DNA of 64,000 nucleotides. It comes from Mobula hypostoma. Its lineage: Eukaryota. The notes under the pieces were generated by a model that saw only the letters and a list, made by a program, of their open reading frames with translations, made no database searches and was not told the DNA's origin. The position numbers and the translations under genes are program-made. The stretch spans positions 15,748,001 through 15,812,000 of the forward strand of contig NC_086097.1 of the NCBI RefSeq assembly GCF_963921235.1, read 5' to 3'. Below, piece by piece: positions 38,190-50,489 of the stretch; the first letter of the stretch is position 1, and every line of letters begins with the position of its first letter.

Positions 38190-38580
38190 TTTTGCCCATT
38201 ATGCAGCTGGCATTTAGGGTAAAAATAAAGGTCACCCATCTCTAGCTTCTATCATTGAGAGTAGCTTTCTCTCAGTTTTCACTACTGAATGTGTTTTGCA
38301 AGTCCTGGGTGGAGACTCAAGAATACCATTGCGCGCAGATGTAGAAGCATTCTTCATTGCTGTTGCTGTACCAGTTTGGTTTTACCAGCCAGGGTTGTTA
38401 GCCCTGAGCTGAGCCCCCGAACCTGGAGGGTCAGTGGACCACTCTTAGTCTAACCCGTTTGGCATGGGTGACTCTACCAAGAGCCAAAGCATAAAGTCCT
38501 GACTCGAGCCAACATAGCTCTCCAAATCATTGAGGCATGCAAGCCTCTAAACTATGAGGAGCTTGTGATTCTTTTGGAGG
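38190..38580 (-). mobile_element. Bipartite RTE-derived element
   Basis: Homologous to 12200-12610 and 17461-17890. Confidence 0.65.
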
Positions 38581-38972
38581 TACAATATGTATTACTTGGA
38601 CTTTACTTTAATAGCTGATCTGGCTGTTCAATGACTAGCTACATTGTCTTGCTGACAATGAGGGAAAGGTTGTTGCCTAGAAACCATGACACCAGGCTCA
38701 CTCTCTCTTTCCTCTACTCTGTCTCATCATTGTTTGAGATTCAACACTGGTGCGACCTGAAAACTTGTACATGGATTTAGAGCAGAATTAAACAACACCT
38801 TAGTAAGTATATAGGTCAAAATCTATCATTAACCAGGCCATGTTACCTTCTTACAGCTACCATCAGGCAGGAGGCATAGAAGCCTTCTGTCCACACCATC
38901 TGGTTTATGAACACTTACTTTGTTGTTAATCATTCAGCTCTTGAACTAATCTGCAAAACCGTAATCACTATC

Positions 38973-39341
38973 TGTCATGAGCCCTGCGAGCCTCTGCAGC
39001 ATTGCTGCAGGGCGCTGGTGTTCTCGGTTTCTCAAGCACCCCTGTTTACTAATTATTGTCTTAGCGAGAGTCATTAAGCCCTTGTGCTTTCTCTTTAATC
39101 TTGTCAAGTTAATTGCGACTGGCACGGGTTTTCTGCTTTGTATGATTATTTAATTTGAACTCGTGATTAGCGTGGATCGCAGAGTCCTTGTGTTGTGAAT
39201 GATTTCTCTCACGGCGTTGCTTGGTCGTATCACCGATGTTCTATTGGTTTTCCTATGTCTAACTTCTTGTTTCTGTCTCTACATCGGAGTCTGCCATTCC
39301 TCCACACCTGGGTTCAGTCATTGCCAGCGCTCACCATGACA
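38973..39341. mobile_element. Solo LTR (369 bp)
   Basis: TGTCATG...CATGACA inverted termini; 5-bp TSD ctatc/ctacc; inserted in a Rex-like tail. Confidence 0.8.
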
Positions 39342-39604
39342 CTACCTCTCTATGACCTCTTTAGCCACTTTGCATCACAATGAACTTTTTTGTTCTAATG
39401 GTGTTCTTTCTTTTATGTTGTTTTTACCTATTTTATTTAGAGATATAAGGTTTGCTGCACCACCCAGCAACCCACCTATTTAGCCCTAGCCTAATCACAG
39501 GACGATTTACAATGATTAGGTAACCTACTAACTGGTATGTCTTTGGACTGTGAGAAGAAACCGGAGCACCCAGAGGAAACTGCTGCAGTCATGGGAAGAA
39601 CGTA

Positions 39605-40347
39605 CGAGGGGTGATTGATAAGTTCGTGGCCTAAGAAAACCTAGCACATTTATTTTTCAACATTGTCCCCTCCTACATTTACACACTTAGTCCAGCAGCC
39701 ATGCTTGACCTCCAGAAAGCATCCACAGCAGGGGTGATTGATAAGTTCGTGGCCTCGGGTAGAAAGAGATGAGTTAGGGCAACACTTTCAGTACGCTGAA
39801 TGAACTCAGCAGGTCAAACAGCATCAGTTAGAAACGATGAGTCGATGTTTCGGGCCGGAATCCTTCATCAGGACTGAAGAATGAAAGATCAGGAAGGATT
39901 TGAAGAATGCTTGTAGCTTCAGTTGAAAGACCAAAGAAGAGAGTTATACAGCTCTCGTTACATGCACATGTAGGTCAACTCTTTGAGTGATTATGCAGAA
40001 AGTTTAAAGTTGATAACTCATCAGTTAATAACTCATCGGGGTGATTGATAAGTTTGTGGCCTAAGGTTGAAGGCGATGAGTTATTAACTTCAGACTTTCT
40101 GCATAACCACTCAAGGAGTTGACCTGCAGGTACATGTAATTAGAGCTCTATAATTCATCTCCTTCTACTGTAGGCCACAAACTTATCAATCACCCATCTG
40201 TGGACACTTTCTGGAGGTCGAAGATCCGTATGCTCCACGACCGCTGGACTAAGTGTGTAAATGTAGGAGGGGATTATACTGAAAAATAACTGTGCCAGGT
40301 TTTTGACTCCTTTTACCTCAGACCACAAACATATCAATCACCCCTCG
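39605..40347. mobile_element. Mariner-type foldback MITE inside a minus-strand V-SINE (~39430-40445)
   Basis: TA at 39603-39604 and 40348-40349; TIR cgaggggtgattgataagtt / aacatatcaatcacccctcg. A Penelope fragment is nested at ~39777-39935. Confidence 0.85.
39840..39875 (-). ncRNA. Minimal hammerhead ribozyme motif in a Penelope-like fragment
   Basis: Reverse strand AGUC-CUGAUGA-AGGAUUCCGGCCC-GAAAC-AUC-GACU. Confidence 0.55.
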
Positions 40348-40621
40348 TATAATCCCCTTACAGGCAAAGCTGGAATTGAACTCTGAACTCCGATGCTCCA
40401 AGTTATAATAGTGCCGTGTTAACTGCTACAGTACTGTGGCACCTGTTATATTGTTAATACCGTTGCATTACTAATTCTACGTGTTTGTGATGCTGCTGCA
40501 AGTATATTTTTCATTGCACCTGTATATAACAATAAACCTGACTTTGACTTTGACTTTAGTTTGGTAAAGGGCTGAGCATACAAAGTTCCAAGTTCTAAGT
40601 ACATTTACTATCAAAGTACAT

Positions 40622-40770
40622 CCTTTTTTTCTCCAGTCCTACTGAAGGGTCTCGGCCCAACATGTCGACTGTACTTTTTTCCATAGATGCTGCCCGGCCC
40701 GCTGAGATCCTCCAGCATTCTGTGTGTGTTGCTTGGATTTCCAGCATCTGCAGATTTTCTCTCGTTTGTG
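40622..40770 (+). mobile_element. Penelope-like 3' end with mutated hammerhead core
   Basis: cagtcctactgaagggtctcggcccaacatgtcgactg...ccagcatctgcagattttctc. Confidence 0.7.
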
Positions 40771-40799
40771 ACATCTTTATATGAGTTGGACAATCAAAG

Positions 40800-43700
40800 T
40801 CAGGGCTGTGTAAAAAGAGCTACCTTTTAATCAGGACGGTGATCAATATTTTAAAGGCAGAGTTTTGTAGCAGTTTCGCTGAGTTGGGGAACGACCAACC
40901 AGCAAGAGGGCAGACAAGTATCGCAGGTGCGGGCCGAGCGGCCATTCTTTTGGTGTGTGCCAGTCTTTAAATTGGCTTTGGCTCATCAGGCTTAGCTAAG
41001 GCCAGGCTTGGGAGAGTTAAAGTATCTTGTGAGTTACTCTCTCTCTGTTCTGATTTGTTCATTCCTCATCTGTTAGGGCAGAGTAGATTCGTGAGAATGG
41101 TTCCGGGGCAGTGTTTCGGACTCTTTGTGGGATGTGGGAAGTCTGGGAGACGTCCAATCTCCCAGACAAACACATCTGCCCCAGGTGCATTGAGATACAG
41201 CTCCTGAGAGAACGTAGCAAGGAACTGGAGCTGCAGCTCAGTGAACTTGGACTCATACAGGAGAATGAGGAGATGATAGACAGGAGCTACAGGGAGGTAG
41301 TCACCCCTAGATTGCAGGAGACAGATAACTGGGTGACTGTCAGAGAAGGAGGGGAGTGCAGAGCCAGTGTAGAGTCCACCTGTGGCTGTTCCCCTCAATA
41401 ACAATTACACAGCTTTAGATACTATTGAGGGGACGACCTACCAGAGGAGAGCCAACAGTGACTGGGGGCTTGTCTCAGAAGAGCAGAGAGGTGAGGAGGA
41501 CTGCAGTGTTGACAGGAGATTCCACAGTCAGAGGAACAAAACTGAGGTTCTGTGGATATGATAGAGACACCTAGACTCCCTAGTGCCAGGATCAGGGATG
41601 TCTTGGATTCGGTCCATGGCATTCATGTCTTGGATCAGGTCCAAGGGCAAGGGTGAGCAGACAGAGGTCTTGGGACATATTGGCGCCAATCTTAAAGGTA
41701 GACAAGGTGAGGAGGTCTTGAAGAGAGTTTCTGGGAGCTAGGTAGAAAGCTGAGAAACAGGACCTCCAGGGTAGTGATCTCTGGATTGCTGCCCATGCCA
41801 TGTACCAGTGAGGGTGAGAATAGGATGATTTTGCAGGTGAATATGTTGCTGAGAAACTGGTGCAGAAGCAGGGGTTTAGATTTATGGATCACTGGGATCT
41901 CTTCTGTGGGAGGTAAGACTTGTGCAAAAGGACTGGTTACTCCTGAACCCAAGGGGGTCCAATGTCCTTGCAAGCAGGTTGGCTGGAGTGGTTCAGATGG
42001 AATTAAACTAATTTGCAGGGGATTGGAACTGGAGTGATAGTGCAGAAGATGAGGTATGAGATGAGAAGAGAAGATTGTTTACAAAGAGAGGCAACGTGTA
42101 GTGAGATTCCTAGCAAGAAAAGGCTGATGATAGGAAAAAACTGCAGTCAACAGGATGAGTTGCAACATAAAAGGCGGGCAAAATTCAAAGGGGCAAATAC
42201 AGGACTGAAGGTGTTATAGTTAAATGTGCACAGTATATGGAATAAGGTAGCACAGTTATGGATTTGCATATATGGTGTTGTAGGCATCACTAAATCATGG
42301 CAGAAAGAAAATTATAGCTGGGAGTATAATGTCAAAGAGTACACATTGTATTGAAAGGACAAACGGGAAGGCAGAGGGTTACTCTGTTGATAAAAAAATG
42401 AAATCTAGTGAATAGAAAGAGGTGACATAGGGTTGGAAGGTGTTGAATCATTGTGGATAGAGCTAAGGGTAAAAAGACACTGATGGGAGTTATATACAGA
42501 CCCCCAAACAATAGTGAGGATGTGGTCCACAAATTACAGTGATAGATAGAAAATGCATAACAAAAGGGCAATGTTACAATAGTCATGGGGTTTCTTCAAT
42601 ATGCAAGTAGATTGGAAAAATCAGGTTGGTGCTGGATTCCAGGAGGGGGAATTTCTAGAATGGCTATGAGATGGCTTTCAAGAACAGCTTGTGGTTGAGC
42701 CCACAAGGGGATTAGCTATTCTGGATTGTGTGTTAAGCAATGGAACAGAATTTATTGGAGAGCTTAAGGTAAAACAACCCTGAGATGAAATGAGCATAAT
42801 ATGATCAAATTCAACATGAGATTTGAGAAGAAGCTAAAGTCAGATGTATCAGTATTACAGTGGAGTAAAGGAAATTACAGAGGCATGAGAAAGGAGTTGG
42901 CCAGAATTGATTGGAAAAGAACACTGGCAGGGATGACAGCAGAGCGGCAATGACTGGAATTTCTGGTAGTAATTTGGATGGCACTGGATATATACATCCC
43001 AAAGAGGAAGAAGTATTTTAAAGGCAAGATGACACACCCATGGTTGACAAGGGAAGTCAAAGCCAACATGAAAACCGAAGAGAGGCCATATAATAGAGTA
43101 AAAATTAGTGGACATTTAAAGGATTGGGAAGCTTTTAAATACCAACTGAAGGCAACTAAAAAATCATTAGGAAGGTAAAGATGGAATATGAAAGCAAGCT
43201 AGACAATAACATTAAAGAGGATACCAAAAGTTTCCTCAGATACATAAAGTGTAAAAGAGAGGTGAGAGTGGATATTGGACTGCTAAAAAATGATGCTGGA
43301 GAAGCAGCAATGGGTGCCAACGAAATGGTGCATGAACTGAATAAGCATTCTGCATCAATCTTTACTGTGGAAACACTAGGAGTGTGGTGGAAGTTCCATG
43401 TGTCAGGGATCATGAAGTGTGTGAAGATAGCATTACTAGGGAGAAATTTCGTGGGAATCGGAAAGGTCTAAAGGTAAACAAGTCACCTAGACCAGATGGT
43501 GTACACCCCAGGGTTCTGAAAGAGATGGCTGAAGAGATTATGGAAGCATTAATAATGATCTTTCAAAAATCATTAGATTCTGGAATGGTTCTAGAAGACT
43601 GGAAAATTGCAAGTGTCACTCTACTCCTGAGAAGGGAGAGAGGCAAAGTAAGGAAATTATATGCCAGTTTGTCTGACCTCAGTGGTTGGGAAGATTTTGG

Positions 43701-44740
43701 AGTCAATTGTTAAGGATGTAGTTTTGGGGAACTTGGAGGCACATAATAAAATAAGCCGTAGTCAACATGGTTTCCTCAAGCGAAAATCTTGCCTGACAAA
43801 TCTGTTGGAATTCTTTGAAGAAATAACAAGCAGAATACACAAAGAAGATTCAGTTGATGTTGTGTACTTGGATTTTCAGAAGGCCACACAGGAGGGTGCT
43901 TAACAAGCTACGAACCCATGGTAGCCAATGACCACAGAAGGACGTAGACAGATTAGGAGATTGGGCAAAGAAGTGGCAGATGGAATACAGTGTCAGGAAA
44001 TGTATAGTCATGCACTTTGGTAGAAGAAATGAAAGGGTTGGCTGTTTTCTAAATGGAGAAAAATATAAAGATCTGAGGCACAAAAGGACTTGGTAGTTCT
44101 AGTGCAGGATTCCTTAAAGATTAATTTGCAAGTTGAGTCTGTGGTGAGGAAGGCAAATGAGATGTTAGCATTCATTTCAAGAGGACTAGAACATAAAAGC
44201 AAGGATGTAATGTTGAGGATGTGCTGAACCTGGAGAGGGTTCAAAGGAGGTTCACAAAAGTGACTCGAGGATTGAACAGCTTATCTAGGAAGAGTGTTTG
44301 TTGGCTCTGAGCCTGTATTCACTAGAAGTCAGAAGAATGAGGGGTGAACTAATTGAAACCTATCGAATGATGAAAGACAGTGATAGAATGGGTGTGGAGA
44401 GGATGTTTCCTATGGTGGGTGAGTCCAGCACTAAAGGACACAGCCACAGAATAGAGAGGCGTCCTTTTAAAATGGAGATGAGGAGGAATTTCTTTAGCCA
44501 ATGAGTGGTGAATCTGTGGAATTCATTGCCAAAGGCGGCTGTGGGAGTTGTCTTTATGTATATTTCAGGCAGAATTTGATAGATTCTTGATTGGTCAGGG
44601 CGTGAAGGGATATGGGGAGGGAAGACAGGAGACTGGGGTTGAGAGGAAAGATGGATCAGCCATGATGAAATGGCGGAGCAGACTCATTTTGGGGGCCCAA
44701 GTGGCCTCATTCAGCTTCTATATCTTATGGACTTATGGTC
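40800..44740 (+). mobile_element. Near full-length decayed CR1 LINE (5' region, ORF1, ORF2 with RT deletion, 3' tail)
   Basis: ORF1 CGMWE...HICPRC...KELELQL and ISGLLPMP...LRNWCRSRG (esterase); APE-like region; [35 protein letters not shown]; (cttatgg)n tail. Confidence 0.92.
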
Positions 44741-44744
44741 TATG

Positions 44745-45445
44745 TCATGATATACTACACTGGGATTCATTTTGTTGCAGACATTCACAGTAAATACAAA
44801 GAAACACAATAGAACGAATGAAGAACTGCACACGAACAAAGACCGGCAAAAAAACCAATGTGCAAAAGACAGCGAAATGTGCAAATGGTCTTGTAGGGCA
44901 TTGGTATTGAGGGGAGCCATGCTGTTGCCTGACTTTACTAATTGTGGTCTGTTGATCAGCAAATCAAGTATCCAATTGCAGAGAGGGTCGACCTGTTTAG
45001 AGATGAGTTTCTTTGGAATCACAGTGTTGAAACTGAAGATATAGGGAATAAATAGTATTCCATCATAGATATCTTAGTTATGCAGATGATGAGGAACATT
45101 GATCGTGTGGATAGCCAGAGGCTTTTTCCCAGGGCTGAAATGGCTAACACGAGGGGGCATAGTTTTTAGATGCTTGGAAATAGGTACCGAGGGGTTGTCA
45201 GGGGTAAGTTTTTCACACAGAGAGCGGTAGGTGCATGGAATGCACTGCCGACAGCAATGGTGGAATACAATAGGGTCTTTTAAGAGCCTCTTAGATAAGT
45301 ACATGGAGCTAGAAAATAGAGGGATATGTGCTAGGGAAATTCTAGGCAGTTTCTAGAGTAGGTTACATGGTTGGCACAGCATTGTGGGCCGAAGGCCTGT
45401 AATGTGCAGTAGATTTCTATGTTCTATGTTCTATATTCTATGTTC
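44745..45445. mobile_element. Rex1/Babar fragments (minus, 44745-45070) and CR1 3' end (plus, 45075-45445)
   Basis: IPKKLISK..LCNWILDLLINRPQ; CR1 tail (ttctatg)n. Confidence 0.7.
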
Positions 45446-46011
45446 AGATGTTCCAGTGAGTGTCGGGCCATGGAGATGGAATCCACAGTACACCTGCTTT
45501 AGCAGGACCTAGATGATATATGTAATGCCCTGGTTCATATTTTTTCTCTGTTATGTTGTTCTGTTCTTTGTAAGCTGCTTGTTTAGTTTACTGTTGAAGA
45601 TAAGAGATGGGAGAATTGTGTGCCATCCAATTAGGATGACTGGATTAAGGGGAGGTTTCTGTGATGAGGGACACTAAGGTTGGGCTTGGGGCTTTTGTTA
45701 GGGGAGAAGGGAGAAGACATTGGAGAGAAGAGGTTGTAGGAGTCAACCTGGAGTGGGGCCGTAATTCGACGAAGCGCGGGGAGATCGAAAGAGGATCGTC
45801 GAAGGGAAAACTGTGAGCTCCAACTTGTGCACATTAGACTGTATAATTAAAATGGGCCCTTTTCTCTTTTTTTCGCATTTTATTTACTCCAGTGTGAACT
45901 CTAGTGTGAACTGTATTGCTGCTGATTTCCACACACAAATAAATCTAAAGGGATTTCCCCAATCAAATCGATAACTAGTCAATCAATCCATAAGCCCCAA
46001 AATTTGTTCAT

Positions 46012-46672
46012 ATCCCGGATGAGCCCCCAATTTTGTTACGAACTGTAACATTTTAGAAACAAACCAGCAGCAGTAGAGTTCACACTGGAGTCTGGTTTTG
46101 ATCTTAAAACCACTGTCTTTATTAGTATCTACTTATAATATAGCATCTTAACCAAGATAAACAAAAGTTAACAGTGTTATGTGTATGTGTGTGTAAATGT
46201 AACTCCCAAACTATTGAGCTCGGGGGAACAAGGCTTAAAGTCTTGAGATGGTAAAGTATGAAAGTTCAGTTCATCCACAGAATAAATGGTAAGAGAGAGA
46301 TATTTGTAATCCAGGGTAAATATAGAGAGAAGGCAATTACGTCGAATTCCACAGGTTCCATGATGGTAATTAATAAATATCAGTTGTCGAAAATCCTCCG
46401 TCAAGCCATTCCAAATCCACATACAAATTACCACCAGAGTGATCTATCACAGGGATGTCATCTTCAAGGGGTTACCACATAACATACCCAGGCAAGGGTT
46501 AACTTCGTGTGGTCCCATAGGACATTCCTTAATCCACTCCTATGGATTATACAAGGTGACAGCCACATATTCGATGTGCACTGGATCGATAATCAACCCA
46601 CCGTTGTGGGTATAGCAGAGTTCCAAATCCCCAGCACCGACAAGCTGGAGCTGCTACCCTTTTCCAGGTTTG

Positions 46673-46714
<42 letters not shown>

Positions 46715-46860
46715 GACTTTTGACCGTGATTGTCTGTGTCCTTGTTTTTAAAGGTAAACAAGCTGCGAGTCAGTCAGTGAACAACATCACGGTCCTGCCT
46801 CACTGAAGCACTCTTTTAAAGTGACAGTCCACAGCAAATGAAACCTGTGGGTTCATAACA
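46012..46860 (-). mobile_element. 5' LTR (46034-46860) with a tRNA-Pro primer-binding site (46012-46029)
   Basis: tgttacgaac...gttcataaca termini. Plus-strand atcccggatgagccccca matches 17/18 of the tRNA-Pro 3' end ATCCCGGACGAGCCCCCA. (TC)n at 46676-46710. Confidence 0.85.
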
Positions 46861-48031
46861 TAGAAAAGATAGAGAAATTGAAGCAAAGAGGTCTAGCGGT
46901 AGAATCGGGTGTACTGTTTGTTGCTAGTCATGAAGTCAAATTGGGTCCTCCATTTAATGAGGCAGATGTTGATAAATACTTCCAGCATTTTGAAAAGGTT
47001 GTTCAGAGTTCACAGTGACCGAAAAGGGGCTGGCTCCTGCTCAGGCAAAAGTTCAGGCAATTTTGGAGGTTCCCAGTCCAACTGGAAAAAAAGATCTCAG
47101 ATGATTCTTGGGAATGGTAGTTCTGTAAGAACTTTTCTGAGTTTGCCCTTCCATTAATTAACCTCCTGAAGAAAGGTGCGAAGTTTGTTTGGAAAGAGCC
47201 TTGTCAGGAGGCCTTTGATAAGTTGAAAGCTATCCTATGTCACCACCCTGTGCTCAGGTCACCTGACTTTGCAAAGCCATTTTCCCTAGCTGTAGCTGCC
47301 AGTGATGAGGCTGCAGGAGCAGTGTTACTCCAAAGAGATAATTATGATGATGTTGACCATCCTGTGGCTTACTTTTCCAAGAAATTTAATGGGCATCAAA
47401 GAAATTATTCAACCATAGAAATTGAATTATTATCCCTTATTTTAGCTCTGCAACATTTTGATGAGTATGTTGGTGCGACTCAGAAACCACTTGTGGTTTA
47501 CACCGATTATAACCCATTGGTATTTTTGAGTAAACTGAAAAACAAAAATAGAAGGTTGCTAAATTCGAGTTTGATTTTACAAGAATATGATCTCTCAATA
47601 ACTCAAAATAAAGGCAAAGATAATGTAATTGCCGACTTTCTGTCAGGTGTTGAACTTGCAATGTAATTTTTTTTATGGAGTGGAATTTTGATATTGGTAT
47701 ACACTCCTGCCATATGTTATATTAGTACTGTATGATAACTGTATGTATATTGTGCATTTTGTAAACTTTATACATTTGCATATTTTGTAAATTGTTGTTA
47801 AAATTTTGTTCTTAATAGATCAAAATTTTCTTTTCTTGGGGGAAGGTGTTACCTGTCCCGTGAGTATCTCGTGAGCATATCTTGTGATATTGGCATGATG
47901 TAAGTGTTGTGATAGTGGGGTGATGTGATATCACGTGATGGCATGTTCCAACCGGTATAAAAGGGGAGAGCGCAGTTTGTTGTGTAGTTGTTTTGTTGGG
48001 GAGTCACAGTCGGTGGTTACGTAATCAAAGA

Positions 48032-48085
<54 letters not shown>

Positions 48086-48605
48086 AATTGCCAACTTCGG
48101 ACGAACCCAAAAGAGTTGGGTAGAAATTAACGACGTTCTGTGATTGATGTTTGGTATGGTCCATACGGGTATTGTGGCACACACTTTTGATTAACCCCTG
48201 CATGGTCTCAGGTGTTGTGTGGTGATCACCTCAGCCGAAAGGTCAGTTTCTTTGAGAAATCTTATTCTTCATGATCTCTTTGGACAAGGCATTTCTTGGC
48301 TGGGATCTGCATCAGCAGTTTCATCTTTTCTTCATCGTTGGTTCGGGAAGTCTCTCCTCTCACTTATTTCATAAATCACTTGGACTGTATGAACTACCAC
48401 CTTAAGACTGTGTTTGAGTAAGATCTGTTAAGAATTGTCTTTAAGTTCGACTGTTTGATAACTAAAGACGCATAACACTGTTAACTTCCATTTAAGTTAG
48501 TCACTCGTTTACTTTTCTATGTTTTTGAGTAGAGGTTAATACACTTTGTTGTTTATTTATAAAAACCCGACTCAATTTCATATCTATTGCTGCTGGTGCG
48601 TAACA
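46861..48605 (+). mobile_element. Gypsy relic (Gmr1-like): gag fragment, RT connection/RNase H, PPT, 3' LTR 47847-48605
   Basis: PPFNEADVDKYFQHFEKV gag; ASDEAAGAVLLQ...HPVAYFSKKF...NYSTIE...YTDYNPL...GKDNVIADFLS; gggggaagg|TGTTAC...GTAACA; (GA)n at 48034-48080. Confidence 0.88.
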
Positions 48606-48854
48606 ATTCTATTTTTTGTGATAAAGTTAAGAACGTATTAAACAGCAAAATGGCCATTGATGTTTAAGTGATACTTTTGATCCTTTGCTAAAGCCACTAC
48701 CATGAATAATTTCAGATAAAAGAACAATATATCTTCATTCATTTCTAATAATCTTGTGCTGTCCTAATCCTGGAGGAATGTAAAGATGCTAAGGTAACAT
48801 GGAGTTCTGTTAGTAATGTGACCATATAGTTTTAGGTTCCTTAAGGATGTCATA

Positions 48855-49320
48855 GTCAAAGTAGTCGAGGTGATGGGGATAAGCTCCCATTACCTATTAA
48901 ATGCTTCCAAAGGCGTGCATCTTATTTATCCTCCAACAATCAAGTCCAGCTCCTGAACTTCACATGTTGCTTAGCTACTAAGCCCGGTGGAAATGTTTCT
49001 ACTAACAAGAGAAGGGGCAATGGCAGCCTACTGGTGTCCCACTCATGAGGAAATTTTCAGGTATAAACCCCGAGGAAAATTCTGAGACAGTCCGATGCTG
49101 AGTTCGACGCTGAGTTTAACACTGACTAGCAAGTCCTGCGATGCTGCTGGTGCCAAACTGTATCAGCCTCTGCCGGTCCTTTGGATTCATCAGCCGTGTG
49201 GAGAGGGGGAGCCTGCTACACGGGCAACAGCTTACTGTCCATATCGTACTGTCCTGGCTTGCCTATCACAGCTAGGTCATAGCATCCATGGTTGGCTCCA
49301 ACTAACGAAGGACCTCCTCA
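48855..49320 (+). mobile_element. SINE-like element with 5' hairpin; 3' part related to the SINE at 51596
   Basis: Hairpin aggtgatggg/cccattacct; shared blocks ggtgccaa-ctgtat, ggagagggg, gggcaac, atccatggt. Confidence 0.5.
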
Positions 49321-49555
49321 TATAATTCTGATAAGTAAACCAAGGATACAGCAAACCAAAGAATTATGTTGTAATGCAAATGCTCATGTTTTAGAAATAT
49401 GTCTTCCCAGAAACAGACCTGTCATGTTATTGGTTGTGATACCTGATACTGGTTGTGTCCCTGAGGTAATCGTTTGCCTGGAAATCATTGTCTGATCTCT
49501 GCCGTTTCTCAGTATACATGATTCAAAGATACAGGCAGAAAAATGGAGCCTAGGC

Positions 49556-49822
49556 CAAGTAGTTATCGATCATAACCCTACTGAGTTACAAGAGTATATT
49601 GAAAGGTCCATATGAACTATTCTTATTCCTCTTTCCTAATACTCTCATAAGTACTTCAAGTTCACAAGTACTTCAAGAAGCTATCATAAATACTATATAA
49701 GTACCCATTAGTACTTCAAGTAGTTATTGATCATAAATTTACTGAATTACAGAGTATGCTCAACGGTCCATATTGGCTATCCCTATTCCTCTTTTCTAAT
49801 GCTCTCGTAAGTACTTCAAGTT
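49556..49822 (+). repeat. Local tandem duplication (~105-bp arms, ~160-bp period) of a degraded CR1-like tail
   Basis: aagtagttatcgatcataa...ctctcataagtacttcaagtt vs aagtagttattgatcataa...ctctcgtaagtacttcaagtt. Confidence 0.8.
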
Positions 49823-49971
49823 TCAGTTCAAAATAGCAAACTTCGCCAATGATTGGAGAAAGTGTTGGTTTTGGAAGCACAATAACTTCCATCACAACAA
49901 AAACATGCAAAGTCTTTAAACTCAAACATACGGAGAGGAAGGAGATCTACAGGTAAGTTTTGTGCGAAATA

Positions 49972-50450
49972 AGAAAGAGAATGCTAAAATACAGTGCAAG
50001 TTGGACATCATCTGCAGAGAAGAACAGAGTTAATGTATCAGTTTGACTATCTTTCAATTCCACCATGGATGGTCCCAAGCCCAAGGAGGACGGTTGGGCA
50101 TGGGGCTAGCAACCCCATCCCATAAAGATGCAGTGCTATGGGAACACCAACAGAAGCTCCGAAGACCTCATCTCTGGGAGAGAAAGGATGCACCAAGAAG
50201 CTGGGCTACACCTAGAAGACTTGAAAGACTGGCCCAGGTCAGAGGACTTTAGCAAGCTGTGTTGGTAGCCTATGCCCCATTAGGGACGATGGACTTAAGT
50301 AAGTAAGTGATTGCCTTTCATTAATTCTGACATTAGCTCACCAACATGAAATATTCATTGTGTTTCTCCCTCCACAGATGCTGCCTGATTTGTTGAGTAT
50401 TTCTGGCATTCTCCATCTTGATATGTATTTCTGGTATCCACAGCTTTTCA
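49972..50450. mobile_element. Old Penelope-derived hairpin split by an RTE-derived element (~50060-50308, plus)
   Basis: catctgcagagaagaacagagttaatg vs tgtttctccctccacagatgctgcctg; the insert ends LERLAQVRGL and (taag)n. Confidence 0.55.
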
Positions 50451-50489
50451 TTTCATTTTGCCTAAGAAGTAGCTGTCATTATGGTGTGG

